A stretch of 62,836 bases of DNA, counting the filler, from Basidiobolus ranarum (taxonomy: Eukaryota), in the NCBI GenBank assembly GCA_040143965.1. It is 29 parts of 29 records of this genome, joined end to end, with 100 filler letters (N's around TTAATTAATTAA, not from the genome) between each part and the next. Parts side by side here need not be neighbours in the genome. Positions count along the whole stretch, not along the records: positions 1 to 2,077 come from JASJQH010003815.1; positions 2,178 to 4,254 come from JASJQH010003816.1; positions 4,355 to 6,430 come from JASJQH010003817.1; positions 6,531 to 8,606 come from JASJQH010003818.1; positions 8,707 to 10,781 come from JASJQH010003819.1; positions 10,882 to 12,955 come from JASJQH010003820.1; positions 13,056 to 15,129 come from JASJQH010003821.1; 22 more parts are not named here. One strand, written 5' to 3'. Positions 1 through 13,089 of this stretch are shown piece by piece. Position 1 is the first letter of the stretch, and the number at the start of each line of letters is the position of its first letter. Position numbers and translations under genes: made by a program. A model generated the notes under the pieces. It worked only from the letters and a program-made list of their open reading frames with translations. It was not told where the DNA came from and did not search any database.

Positions 1-1330
1 CACCCAGGGCCTGGTACACTAAGATAGATACATACTTGGAATCACTTGATTTCCAAAAGAGTACAGTGGATTTTGGGATCTACTTTAAGACAGATAAGGA
101 CAGTAAGGTGACACTGTTGAAGTTTATTATCTTTATCATATTTGTTATCTCTATCTTTATATACCTAACTACTTCATATATCACATATAAGTTAGTAAAC
201 ATTACTTAGTCAAATATCACTGAGCTGAAAATTGGAACATATATTATATATATATGTGATGATGACAGAATTGCAATTCCATATTGAAAATTTCAAACTT
301 GTCCAAATTGCCCAAAAGATAGCTCATTTTACCCCCACAGATGTTCTGAACACAATTCCATTGTTAGTTTTTTGTATTTTCATCAAATGTATAAATGCTT
401 TAATTCTGGAAAATAAACAATTATCTCACTAAGCTATTCACAACTCCACTTTTCTAAAGTTCCTCCAAACAGCCCATATTTTCCCAATAGATACTTGCAT
501 TATATGTAGATGATCTGAATGTAGCTACTAACAATGATGAAGCTCTCAGTAACATCAAAAGAGATCTATCAGTCCAATTCAAGATGACTAATTTAGATGA
601 ACTTATGTATTTTTTAGGCCCGCAAATCCACACAGCTATATTGAGCAAATCTTTTGCTCTGAATCAATCTAAATGTATCTCAGATACTTTCAGACTTTAC
701 AGGATGCAGAATTGCAAGCCAGTAGCAACTCCCATGGATCCTGGTGTGAAACTAGTCCCAAACCCATCAAAAATGATGAAACTTGGCCAAATATGGTGCA
801 AAATATATAATTTGAAAGCCCTGAGTTCTTTTATCAATCTATGATAGGTAGTTTGCTGTATGCTATGACTGGAGCCTAGCCAGATGTCTCTTTTGCAGTG
901 GGAGTAGCCAGCCAACATGTGCATAACCCACAAGCTGAGCATTATGCAGCAGTTAAGCTAATTTTCAGATATTTGAAGGGGGCAATTGATCTGGGATTAA
1001 GATACACATCTTCTTATGCTAATAAGGATCTAATTGGGTTTAGTAATGCAGATTGGGGATGTGATATTGAGGACAGAAGAGTTATCACTGGATATATCAT
1101 TCTGTATAGTGAAGCAGCCTTATCTTGGAATAGCAAGAAATAACCCACCATAGTACTTTCAACATGTGAAGCAGAGTACATGACAGCATCACATACAACC
1201 AAGGAGGCTATGTGGTTAATGAACCTGTTCAAAGCCTTGGGCATTTTTCAAAGTTCATCCACCATAATTTTCAAGGATAATTAAAGTTGAATTTCTTTAG
1301 CTAAAAATCCCAAGTCTCATGCTAGAAGTG
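1..1330 (+). mobile_element. Degenerate Ty1/copia reverse transcriptase-RNase H fragment (family A), interrupted by a solo LTR
   Basis: Motifs YVDDL, MTNLDELMYFLG, KPVATPMDPG, LIGFSNADWG, LSWNSKK; contains stops and frameshifts. Confidence 0.93.
115..489 (+). repeat. Solo LTR of copia family A with 5-bp target-site duplication (GACAC/GATAC)
   Basis: Matches the LTRs at 20882, 50052, 50584 and 52256. The empty site AAGGTGATACTTGC is present in the RT copy near 19855. Confidence 0.9.
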
Positions 1331-2077
1331 GTTACTTTAGAATGCTTCATTAATTGCAATATTGCTGTGTTATTGCTTGTCATAGCCTGTATAGCAACTT
1401 TGTAGTTTTTACTTTTGATAGCATACAAATCATTATGGTCTTTGGCTCGCAATTTCTTAGTTGTAATAATTCTATCCAAACTTTCTATGGAGGGCTGATA
1501 TATAGTTGGCAAAGCAGCCATTTTGAAAGTTGATGATCTTGAGAGTGTTTCTGTTGAACTTTGCTCAACTATTGTTTACTATGTCATCAGGTATTACAAT
1601 CTCTTCACTTGCACTGTTGCTGGAAAGAACATATCTGGTAAATTGATTAATGCTTCATCATTACTTGATTTAGTTTCTAACATGTTAATGCCTTCCAAAG
1701 GGGATAGTTGATCACTAGACTGCTCATCAATCAAGCCCTCTGTTCTTGATGGTTTTTTCCTTTTGTGCCAGCAGGCTTTTGCTTGAGAGACAATTTTGAT
1801 TTTGATCTTGAATGCTTTTTGAAAGGCATTGAAACATTCAGATGGTAAACTTGGTTCAATGAAATTGCATAGAAACAGCTTATAATAAACCAAAATTGCC
1901 ATCTATTATCAGAAGTATCCTGTAAACCCCCTGACAACTTGTCTGTTACACTATCTCAGAATCAGGTACCTAAAATACCACCCTTATGTAGAAGCAGTTT
2001 TTTTTCTACAATATCCTTGTAGTGCCACAACACAAATGTTTAAAGAAGCCTTGCTATTATTGTGATAATATCAAAGC
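1331..2077 (-). mobile_element. Degenerate copy of the CACTA accessory ORF region
   Basis: Homologous to about 62100-62836 (SSNDEALIN; HNDLYAI..KNYKVAIQAMTSNN), which lies beside the transposase. Confidence 0.7.
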
Positions 2078-2177
2078 NNNNNNNNNNNNNNNNNNNNNNN
2101 NNNNNNNNNNNNNNNNNNNNNTTAATTAATTAANNNNNNNNNNNNNNNNNNNNNNNNNNNNNNNNNNNNNNNNNNNN
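2078..2177. other. Artificial contig linker N44-TTAATTAATTAA-N44 (first of 28). The others start at 4255, 6431, 8607, 10782, 12956, 15130, 17304, 19477, 21649, 23821, 25992, 28163, 30333, 32503, 34672, 36841, 39010, 41178, 43346, 45514, 47681, 49848, 52014, 54179, 56344, 58509, 60673
   Basis: Identical 100-bp spacer with a six-frame stop 12-mer. Contig lengths fall monotonically from 2077 to 2064 bp, and contigs plus 28x100 bp sum to 62836. Confidence 0.99.
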
Positions 2178-2890
2178 CGGAGTTTTTGCAAAGCAATTCT
2201 GGCCTCATCAACCTTGTTCTTGGATAAGAGATATCCTGGGGTCTCTGTGCAGAATGGCAAGAGGATGACTTGGAGAATAGGAGGGAAGATGGCCATACCG
2301 AACAGATATCTCCATCCTGGAACATTGGTTAATCCGAGACCGGCACAGTTGGCAGTCAAGATACCGATAACCGTGAACAACTGGAACATTGTACCTAGAA
2401 TACCACGAGCACCATCAGTTGCAATCTCAGCAACATACATTGGAGCAACCACTGAAGCAGCACCACAAGCAATACCGATGATGACACGACCGGCTACGAA
2501 TTGGGCAACTGTGGAAGCAGTAGCAACGAGGATGGCACCAGCAATGAAGAAGAAGTTGTTGAATAAGAGAGTCCACTTGCGACCGATTTTGTTGGCAGCG
2601 GGTCCAGCACTGAGGCCACCAACCAAACCACCGATGGCGAGGATACCGACAGCCAGGCCCCAAGTACCAGATGACATAGGGAGACAAGCTGGAAGGCCAC
2701 TGTCATTGTACTGACTCATGTCACAGTTTCTGATCACCGATTCTGGAGCGTTGGGAGCAGCACTGTTGAAACCAGCAGCGAATGCAGCTAGAGCAGCGGT
2801 AGCACCACAAAGCCAAATGTAAGGAGTGAACTTGACGTTCTTGGAATCGCAAGTAGATACATCCGAGTTATGATTTTTTTTGTCAGACAT
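2178..2890 (-). CDS. MFS sugar porter (GLUT/HXT-like), N-terminal half, cut by the contig end
   Basis: Intact ORF from ATG 2890 with six hydrophobic helices and the motifs KIGRK, GRVIIG, PMYVAEIA..ARG, GWRYLFG, TETPGYL. Confidence 0.95.
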
Positions 2891-3938
2891 TTCTTTGGTC
2901 AAGTTTTTTTGACTTGAAGATATTAATGCTTATACAGAAGCATCAGTCAGGCATTTATATCATTTCGTGGTCAGTTATCAAATTGATTCTGTAATCAAAG
3001 CAAATCAAAATACATCTATCCATATAAAATGTTTCCTAAATAGGGTATAATTTATTTTTTATCGAGCGATGATGTGTATATAGTTTTCTATTTCAGTAAA
3101 AGGTATGAGGCTATGTTACCTTAGTTTGTATTCAAAATTCTCAAATCAGATACTCCCTACGTTATCAATGGGAATGTATTCTGCTGCGTTGGAATTTTGA
3201 TATTTCATATATACTTTCATAAATTGCTGTTTCATACTTCGGTAGTGTAAGCCACAAGGGCTATCAAATCTAGATTCTGTAACCTAGAGCAATCATAGTG
3301 CGCCTAGATATAGGTGATATACAAACCAAAAGTAGGACACCATTATCTATATTCTCTAGGAATGTTCGCATGTTCGATGCGATAAGACATCAGCAACATC
3401 CTATTGCTTGAGCATACTTCACCTAGTGCAATACCCATAGTGGCAGTTAGGTAACGTTTGATAAAATAGGCATTGGGGGAGTGATATACCATCAATTGGG
3501 TTTATGAATATTCCGATAAACAATTCCAACCGATTGGCAATTGTAGAGTTATATAGTGTAACCTTTTCAAAGCATTATTTATTTCCAAGTTAATTTTAGT
3601 GAACCAGAAAAACCGATCGAATCTTTCCTAAAATTCTTCATATTAACTCTCCGCTAAATTTGTTAGATCTAGATGAATTTTTAGATCTTTGAGATGTTTA
3701 GTATGCCGCCAGCTCCTCTAAATCCCAAGGGTTAGGGTTACTTGAAATTTTCAGAAGAGATTAAGCCAACTTAATACTTGAATAAAAACCAGACTGAGTT
3801 AGGTTGTTGCCAATAATTGTGCATATTCTTTACAACGAGTCTGACTGCATGATGAATGACCATTAATATTTTCTGAGAATTCATAGTTATGAAGTTAAAT
3901 TTATGATTTATTATTTACATGTAGAAATTTCTTGTGAC

Positions 3939-4254
3939 TTAATTTTTACTAATCTCATTAGGATTGCGCCCTTTAGTCTCTGGGACAAGGAAGAAAGTGA
4001 ATGCAACACCAACAGCACAGATGATGGCGAATGGAAGGAAGGAGTAGTCTCCAAGACCTTCTTTCATTGGGGGGAATGTTTGACCAATGACAAAGTTGAA
4101 CAACCAGTTGACGGCGGTGGCTGTGGAACTAGCAGCTCCGATGGCATAGGTAGGAATGAGCTCGGGCATCAACATCCAGGGAATGGGTCCAAGGCCGACA
4201 GCAAAGGTGGCCACAAAGAGCATCACAGCAGCTACCATGAGTGTGTCGATGTCA
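3939..4254 (-). CDS. MFS sugar porter, C-terminal part, cut by the contig end
   Basis: Sugar-porter C-terminal signatures FAVGLGPIPWMLMPELIP, NWLFNFVIGQTFP, VPETKG. Confidence 0.95.
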
Positions 4255-5299
4255 NNNNNNNNNNNNNNNNNNNNNNNNNNNNNNNNNNNNNNNNNNNNTT
4301 AATTAATTAANNNNNNNNNNNNNNNNNNNNNNNNNNNNNNNNNNNNNNNNNNNNCTTGATGTTTTCAAGCATTTTCCCAATTGATTCAAACATTGATCCT
4401 ATCTCAAATGGCTCATTCATATTGAATTTTCCCTATAGATCTGAGTAAGTAGTAAAATGAAATCAGTCCTAACTTTTGAACCAGCAAATGGATTTTCATT
4501 CAAATCTTGCACAGAGCTGCAAGATGTACTTGAGGTTGATATGGTCAAAGTATCAAAGCCACTGCTGCTATATTAGTGTTCTTATTGGCACTTCAATGCT
4601 AAGCCACCCATTAGACACTCTACCCTGTATCATAGTCAGAAAATAAAGAATCTTACTGCAACTCAACTAAGTTTGACTATTGAAGATGGCAGTTCAGATT
4701 CTTTCATCGTTATCTTCACTTTTACAGCCATATAATATATTTAACTCCTAATCAAAGCCTTTGCCAATCTTAAAAGAACTGTACATTTTTGTTCAAGCTT
4801 CAAGTTAGAGAAACCACCAGGATCTTATCAACACTAAAGTATTGAAAATTGTTGATAGGTCCATAATCAGAAATGATCTTTTCTCAGAAAGTCTTCAAGC
4901 TATTGATATACTATGTTGTGTCTTTACCCTTTAGAGATAGAGTGAAGAATATATCTCCTATCTATATTTTAAGCTTCCAGTATAAAAAATTTTGCTTTGC
5001 TGGAGCTTTGTTTTAGGACTAAGCTTTGTTAGTGAATATTTAAGTTAACACCCCTATCCTGCACTACACTGGCTCAAAGGAAGTACTGACAGGTAGGTGT
5101 TATTTCTCTGATACTGTATATTTTTTTCTCTAGCTTTGTCTGCATAGGCAATGAACTTTTCATATCCTTGGATAAGTCACTACTAGTGCATCCTCATTCA
5201 AGACCCTGCTGGCTGAGTTTACAGTTGTGTTTGGTTGGCTATACCCTTTTTATCTGATCATTCCCAAAGGATGTTGAAGCCAGTATATTCTTTTGTCAG

Positions 5300-5528
5300 G
5301 CACCAGCCTATTATTCAACAGAAAGCTGGACATTCCATTGTGGCTTATCAGTCCTTGGACATTTCCAGGGGCTTGATTCCCTTTCACAAATACCCAAGAG
5401 GCAGAGACAGTCCCATATTACAGTACATCCCAGAGGTATTCAACTGTGGTTATTGCACCCTTTGAACACCTCACAAAACCCTCAAGAGATAGCAGTTATA
5501 GTTGCTGCTTACACCCCAAACAACCACA
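5300..5528 (-). repeat. Putative LTR family E, begins TG(T/A)RGTTGTTT.GGGTGTAAGCAGC; further copies start at 15086 and 34453
   Basis: Three homologous copies share a sharp TG terminus and sit in different contexts. Confidence 0.6.
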
Positions 5529-6179
5529 CCAGTCAGATTTTAACAAGCTCACTGATATCAATTCACCATATGGTTAGTTTAATATAAATTTTGGTATTTG
5601 CCATAAGCCCAAGATTATGTTGCTAAAGGGGATCAGCTGGAGCCAGAGCTTTGCATTTGGTACTATGCACTACTATTCAACAACCCTCCAATACTACTTA
5701 CTCAGCTATACAGTGGAAAATTTAATGAGAATGAGTCATTTGAGATAGGATCAGAGTTTGATTTGATTTGGAAAATGCTTGAAAACATGAAAATATCATT
5801 ATATTTGGCCAGGACTCCCATCAAGATCCACTCCTCTAGGTATTTATTCAAAAGCAAAGACAGGAAGTATTGGATTTGTATCTATTCAAGTGGAATCTGG
5901 AAATGATTTCTCCCTAATTAGTATTGTCAACATTAGGAGTTGTTTGTCAATATTGTTAATATATTGTTATGGCATCAGCTTGTATTGGCAGATCTTGGAT
6001 GGATACAGTAACTGTTTAAAAACTTCATATTTGGATATGAAAAACATTTTTTCAGGTTCAACAAAGATGGAATGAATCTATGCCAGTAATCAGTACATTC
6101 CCTGATCCATCTTTTACAATGCTTAGGGATTATAGGCCATTGCTATACATTCTGCGAGTTCCTGATGGAGCACACCTGT
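5528..6179 (+). mobile_element. Degenerate CACTA/EnSpm transposase fragment (DUF4218-like region)
   Basis: Homologous to the transposase copies at 10145-10781 and 56600-57770. Confidence 0.8.
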
Positions 6180-6430
6180 TGTCATGATTCTGATCTTCAC
6201 ATACTGATCCACTACAAATAGAACTCCTCCATTATTAGATTATGACATCATATCTGCTGTGCCATCCCTTCTTGGCAATCTGGTGTCAGTTCATCCAGAT
6301 TACCTTATATGGAAGTCATGTTCTTTGGAACATTCCATGAAACCTAACCAATCATGTCATCCCACACATAGTGTATTTCCGCCAAGACCTTCCATGGAAG
6401 GTCACCTGATCATCCTTACATCATCCCTCT
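6180..6430 (+). repeat. Putative LTR family B (TGTCATGA...TTGTGACA); further copies at 12845, 49559, 46790 and 47284
   Basis: Five homologous copies with TGTCA/TGACA inverted termini. Confidence 0.75.
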
Positions 6431-7199
6431 NNNNNNNNNNNNNNNNNNNNNNNNNNNNNNNNNNNNNNNNNNNNTTAATTAATTAANNNNNNNNNNNNNN
6501 NNNNNNNNNNNNNNNNNNNNNNNNNNNNNNCAACATACGAATGTTCCAAGTGGTATCGGTATATGGTGGAAAGTAGATGCTTCGATTTCATTATGATCCC
6601 ATATGGACATATTGAATTAAATCTTGATAATTGATTGTTGATGTTAATCTGATACCGTCCATTAATAAGTTAATCGATCAATTAAAGAAAGATCGATAAT
6701 ACTTGGCACATGCTTCAGTAAAATTAGTTTCCTTTCTCATATAGATGCAAATCTTAGCACTTTGAAAACTTGTGAAAGAAACACAAGATTTTGAAAAAAA
6801 AAATTATAAGGAGTTTCTTACGACTATGACTACTTCTAGAATACACTTCAATGGTTGAAATATTTTAATCAAGCATCGTACATCCTGCTTACCATATTTA
6901 AAGTACATCTGCAAAGTATTTCTAATATATAATCATCTGAATCTCTCATTAGCAAACTTGGTCAAATATCCACGAATCTTTACTTAGATATTAATTAGGC
7001 TTAATTTCAGCTTCGTAACTAGTTCTAAACTCTAGAAACATTGAGCAAATATTAGGCTAATTCTACCTCTAGCAGCTTAACTTTGTCTTGTCAAAATACT
7101 ATGATCTAGCATCTAATCAATGGGCCTAGTTGTTCGCTATGATAGTGCCAGATTGTGCTGGATATTTTAAGTTTTATGCAGCATAATTTGGCAGGATCC

Positions 7200-8219
7200 A
7201 CCACCCTCTGGCACAATCAATTTTGATCACAATTACTTCAATATATTGAGCCCAGGTCCAATAATCACTGGCAAAATGAAACAAGTCCAATATTATATTC
7301 TTTTACTTAGCATAAATGTTGAGCACCTACTAAATTCTCTCAGTCAAAATTTTGACATCTTTTTTGTTGAAATAAGTGTAGACTGGATATCTATATAGTC
7401 ATATTTAGTTTGGCATTTATTTATTCTCTATTGAAATAAGATATCAATCACTATTCCCTAGAGGTATTTACTTGACATATTGATCACTGGAGTGCAACTT
7501 CTTCATAAGTATATCAGCTCCAAAGTGTCCTAGTAGGTGGCATTGCTGAATGAGATTGTTCCTTTATTTTGAGGTGGGCGAATTCTGGAATCTGGGTCTT
7601 GCTGAAGGATTGGGTTGGTAGTAGTTGTAAGTTTGCTGATTACATCAGTAATCACATGTCTCTCCTGGGGGGAAGTTTGAAAAAGTCTGGATAGGTGATC
7701 AGGTAGAATATCAAGAATTCCAGGGCATTGAATTATAGTGTAATCATAATCCAGTAGAGTATCCAGCCAATTGGTCAGCATTGGTATTAGTGTCTTCTGA
7801 GTGTGAATGTATAGAAGTGCCTGTTGGTCAGTGTAAAGAGTAAAATGATTTCCCCAAAGTTACTGGTGAAATTTCTTGAGGGCACACAATGGCTAGTAAA
7901 TCCCTCTTGGTAGCAGAACTATTACCTTAAGCAGGCTGCAAAGATTTGACTTGGAAAGAAATTCAATGAGGTGGATTGTGGTCTTCATCCTGATAATGAA
8001 CTGTCCCTGACCCAACATTAGATGCAATAGTAGCAACAAAGAAAGGCTTGGAAAAGTCAGGATATGATAGAGTAGGAGCTTGGGGAAGCATTGTGAACAG
8101 TAAAACAATGGCCTGATCATGTGCTTTGGTCCAAACTGAGGTTAGATTGGGTTATGCAGTAAGGAATCAAGTGGTGGATTTAGAGTAGAGAAAAGTCGCA
8201 TATGTTCCCTGAAATGATT
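7200..8219 (-). mobile_element. Degenerate Ty3/gypsy pol fragment (RT connection, RNase H, start of integrase)
   Basis: WTKAHDQA; LWGNHFTLYTDQQALLYIHTQK..PMLTNWLDTLLDYDYTIIQCPG..ILPDHLSRL. Confidence 0.85.
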
Positions 8220-8289
8220 GGGTTAGGGTTAGGGTTAAGTGGGTATAGGTAGGTTAATTGCAAGCAATGCAAAGAGCCCCCCCAAAGGG

Positions 8290-8492
8290 GGATACAATAA
8301 CCCAGAAATATGCTTTTCATACTTTTTGGATCAAATTTAGACCAATTTTTGGTCATAATTTGACATAAGCAATGCATCCAAAGATCCTCAAATGTTTCAC
8401 ATCAGCTTTAACTCCAAACCAAGTTTGATATGGTGTAGAGTAAGGCAGACTTCTAGTAAAACTCCTGTTCTTCAGATATACAGCTGTAGCAA
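8290..8492 (-). mobile_element. Copia integrase C-terminal fragment
   Basis: TPYQTWFGVKADVKHLRIFGC; SKFDPKSMKSIFLGYC. Confidence 0.85.
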
Positions 8493-8706
8493 CCCTAACA
8501 AAAATAAAATCAATTTGATCCGGATTGGATCCACCCTCTGAAATAGCAAAACCGTCAGAGAACCGTCACAATATTGTTGGCTTGCATTCTGCCAGGGATT
8601 TTGATGNNNNNNNNNNNNNNNNNNNNNNNNNNNNNNNNNNNNNNNNNNNNTTAATTAATTAANNNNNNNNNNNNNNNNNNNNNNNNNNNNNNNNNNNNNN
8701 NNNNNN

Positions 8707-9180
8707 AACAAGCTCTGCTGCCAACAAGATGTTTCTAAGAAGACAATTCTTTAATTTAAAGATGAAGCCAGGAGAGGACATTAAATCACTAATTAATAGA
8801 GTCACTAGTTTAGTGGATAAAATGAAATGCATTGGAGTACCTAGTACTGATCAAGATAGCATAGTTACAGTCCTGAATAGCCTGCCACACAGATTTTGGA
8901 GCCTTGTAATGGCTTTAAAATCAAGAACTGAAAATTTAACCTTAAATTATGTATTTGGCAGCCTTCTGGATGAGGATTTATGCAAATCAGGATCCAACCA
9001 AAAGAATAAAGAAAATGCTTTAAAGGCTATGGAAAACCTTCCTATAAAGGTCAATAGCACTTTAAGCAGAAAAGTAACACATTCTGTGATTACTGTAAAA
9101 GAACTGGCCATTTAAGCAAAGATTGCTTCAAGAGAATTGCAAAAGTAGAAAAATACCAAATCTGGAAATGTAGTTCCAAC
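8707..9180 (+). mobile_element. Copia gag fragment (UBN2-like region plus degenerate zinc knuckle)
   Basis: MFLRRQFFNLKMKPGEDI; VLNSLPHRF..LVMAL; CDYCKRTGH..KDC. Confidence 0.85.
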
Positions 9181-10781
9181 ACCTAACAGAAATAAAATTG
9201 ATTGGATCCGGATTGGATTCTCCCTCCAAAATAGCAAAACCATCAGAGAACCGTCACAATATTGATGGCTTGCATTCTGCCAGGGATTTTGATGGTGTGA
9301 CGGTGTTTTTGTGATGGTATTTTAACAGTATTTATATAGATTAAAATAGTGATCCTCAAATATGGCATGTGTTATTTATATCCGGCAATTTTTGCAAAAA
9401 TCTATTTTTTGAATGGCAAATTACTGGGTTTACTACTGTAGGAATTTGAATTAATTTGGATGCCTTTATTTAGATATTTTAGGCTTTGTATTCCACCATA
9501 ATGAGAATCAAAAAATACAAGAACCTCATAGTGTTTAGTCTCTACATTTGCACATACTTGACTGATTAAACATAACTTAACAACATCAATATGCTTTACC
9601 AGCACACCAGTGGTGGAAGAATTGCTAAATATCTGAAATTTTGAATAACACTAACACTTGGCAATTAGCTTACTCTTGCTACCATTCACAATGAGAATAA
9701 GCTCTAGAATTTTGGCAAATTTCCATAAAGAATTCAGCCAATGTATCCCCAACTGGCAGTCAGCAACTGTCTTGCCACAAGTAGCTGTGTCATTGCTTGA
9801 ATAGATTACCCCATGGCTTAAACAATAGTACTGTGTATTTTGATCTATCACACCAAGAAGTCTGTCTTGCAGTTTACCTCAAAATACCGTTAGATTATCA
9901 CACAAGCAAATTAGTCTGATTATAAAGATACTTACTCTGTATCCATGGATTGGGCTCTGTTGCTGTTATTGTGCTCAAACAATGTGAAAACCCATGAGTA
10001 CATTGAAAAGAGCCCTTGGTTGGCAGGTTAATATACTCTGGAGTCTCATTAACCTATTGCATTACATCCATCACTGATTTTGCTGATGCATTGTTAATCA
10101 GATTAGCATACAGTAATACTGTCAGTTTCACATGGAGCATCATTTCACCACAAGGTGCACTCCAGTGGGAACTCCCAGAATGTATAGCAAGGGCCTATAA
10201 TCTCTAAGCATTGTGAAAGATGCAGCAGGCAATGTATTGTATACTGGCATAGATTCAGTCTATCTTCTTTAAACCTGTAATAAAGTTTTTCATATATAAT
10301 TGCAAAATCTTTGCACATTGCTGTTTCTGCCTGAGATCTGCCAATGTGAGTTAATGCTGTAAAAATATAATAACAATATTCACAAATAACTCCCAATGTT
10401 GCCAATACTTATCAGGCAGAAATCTTTTCAAAATTCCACTAGAATATATACAAATCCAATACTTCCAGTCTTTGCATTTTAATAAACACCTAGATGAGTG
10501 GATATTGATGGGATTCCTGGTAAAATATGATGGTACCTTGAGGTTTTCAAGCATTTTCCCAATCAATTCAAACTTTGATCCTACCTTGAATGGCTCTTTC
10601 ATATCAAATTTTCAACTGTATAGCTGAGTAAGTAATATTGGAATGTTGTTGAATAGTGAGAGCACAGTGCCTAATGGAAAGCTCTGGCTCCAGCCAATCC
10701 CCTTAAGCAACATAATCTTAGGCTTATGGCTAATACCAACTTTGATGTTAGACTGACTATCTGGTGAATTGATATCAGTGC
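9181..10781 (-). mobile_element. CACTA/EnSpm-type DNA transposon: 3' half of the transposase and 3' terminus
   Basis: DUF4218-like KCKDWKYW, IHCLLHLSQCLEIIGPCYTFWEFPLE. Ends at the terminal repeat (A)CCTAACAGAAAT at 9181. Confidence 0.9.
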
Positions 10782-10959
10782 NNNNNNNNNNNNNNNNNNN
10801 NNNNNNNNNNNNNNNNNNNNNNNNNTTAATTAATTAANNNNNNNNNNNNNNNNNNNNNNNNNNNNNNNNNNNNNNNNNNNNCTTACAAACTTCCTTGCCT
10901 TTCTTGCTGAACTAGAAGCCACATTTGGAAATGCAGATAAGTTGCTCAGTTTACCTTAA

Positions 10960-11400
10960 TCAGAGTAATCCTAGCCATTGCTACCCACCAAGGAATGCTG
11001 ATTGAACAAATGGTTGTCAAGACAGCATTTCTTAATGGAGAAGTTGATGAAGATATGTACATGGATCAACTGGAGGGATATATTGCAAAAGCAAAAGAAC
11101 CTCAAGTATGCAAACTACAGAGAAGTCTACATGGTCCAAAACAGGCCCCATGCACATAGAATACCACACTCAATCAGATCTTCATGAAACATATTTTCCA
11201 TCATATCAAAGCTGCTCACTGTATATATTTCAAAACTATCAAAGCCACCAAAGTGATAATTGCTCTCTATGTTGTTGATATCAAAATACTTGGTAATTGC
11301 TCAAATCTGATGAAACAAATTAAGACCTGGCTATCTACCAAGTTTGAAATCTAAGATCTTGGATCACTAGCATATTGTCTTGGAATGCAGATACCCCAAA
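10960..11400 (+). mobile_element. Highly degenerate copia RT fragment
   Basis: QMVVKTAFLNGEVDEDMYMDQLEG; KLQRSL.G.KQAP. Confidence 0.8.
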
Positions 11401-11449
11401 ATTCCACAATTGAAACACTGTGTAGTACACAAGTAAATATATTAGATAT

Positions 11450-12844
11450 TTCATGGAAATACAGAAAACTAACACTGGGGTTCATTCAGAACATCTGTGG
11501 GAGTAAAATGAGCTATCTATGGGGCAATTTGGATAAGTTTGAAATTTCCAATATGGAATTGCTAATTCTCACATTATTTGTATATCTATAATATATGTTC
11601 TAATTTTCAGCTAAGTGATATTTGACCAAGTAATGTTAACTAACTTATATGTGATATATGAAATAGTTAAGTGTATAAAGATAAAGATAACAAGTATGAT
11701 AAAAACAATAAACTTCAACACTCCCACTCAACTAAATATTTATATATCATAATCCTAACTTATATATCAATGCTTCAAATTTTGGCTTAGGTAATGGTTT
11801 GGTAAGGATGTCAGCAATCAGGTCCTCAGTTGGACAATACTCCAGTTGGATGTGCTTATTATCAATAGCTTCCCTAACAAAGTGATGTTGAATATCAATT
11901 TGCTTACTTCTAGCATGAAATATGGGAATTTTAGCTAAAGAAATACAACTTTGAATATACTTAAAAATTATGGTGGGAGAACTTTGAAAAATGCCCAAGT
12001 CTTTGAACAGTTTCTTGAACCACATAGCCTCCTTTGTTGTATGTGATGCTGCCATGTATTCTGCTTCAGTTGTTGAAAGTGCTACAGTGAGTTGTTTCTT
12101 GCAATTTCAAGACATGGCTGCTTCACTTTAGAGAAAGGTGTATCCATTGATAGATCTTCTGTCCTGAATATCACATCCCCAATCTGCATCACTAAACCCA
12201 ATTAAATCCTTGTTCTCAAAGGAATATGTGTATGTTAACCCCTGATCACTTGTCCTCTTCAAGTATATGCAAATCTGCTGAACTGTTGCATAGTGCTCAG
12301 ATCCTGGGTTTTGCACATGTTGGCTGACTACTCTCACTGCAAAAGAGATATTTGGCTGGGTTCTAGTCATAGCATAGATCAAACTACCCACTTGGATTGA
12401 CAAGGGAACTCAAGGCTTTCAAATGACATATTTTGAGCCATACTGGGCTGATTTTCATCTTTTTTGATGAGATTTTTGACTGGTTTCACACCTGGATCCG
12501 TGGGAGTTGCTACTGGCTTACAATTCTCCATCCTGTAATATCTGAGAATATCTGTGATGTATTTAGATTGATTCAGAGTGAGAGATTTGCTCAATATATT
12601 GGTATGAATCTGCAGGCCTGAAAAATATGTAAGATCACCTAAATCAGTCATCTTGATTGGACTGATAGATCTCTTTCGGTGTTCCTGAGAGCTTCATCAT
12701 TATTGGTAGCTATAAACAGAACATCTACATATAAGGCAAATATCAACTTACTGTCCTTATCTCTCTTAGAGTAGATCCCAAAATCTACCATACTCTTTTG
12801 GCAATCAAGTGATTAAAAGTATGTGTGTATTTTAGCATACCAAG
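11450..12844 (-). mobile_element. Copia family A RT-RNase H, polypurine tract and partial 3' LTR (LTR starts at 11720)
   Basis: LIGFSDADWG, FHARSKQIDIQHHFVRE, ADILTKPL; PPT TTAGTTGAGTGGGAG abuts TGTTGAAG. Confidence 0.93.
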
Positions 12845-13089
12845 TGTCATGATTCTGATCTTGGCATACTGATCCACTGCATATGGAACTCTTCTATTAT
12901 TGGATTATGACATCATATCTACTGTGCCATCCCTTCTTGGCAATCTGGTGTCAGTNNNNNNNNNNNNNNNNNNNNNNNNNNNNNNNNNNNNNNNNNNNNT
13001 TAATTAATTAANNNNNNNNNNNNNNNNNNNNNNNNNNNNNNNNNNNNNNNNNNNNGGAGCATGCTCAATCCTAATACAACAACTTTGCT

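Noticed and set aside
2214..4310. Plus-strand ORFs 2214-2714 and 3903-4310
   Set aside because: Antisense shadows of the sugar-porter genes.
6531..6740. Possible first exons of a minus-strand gene (MRKETNFTEACAK...)
   Set aside because: Splice signals are plausible, but the peptide is short, two frames are possible and I see no homology.
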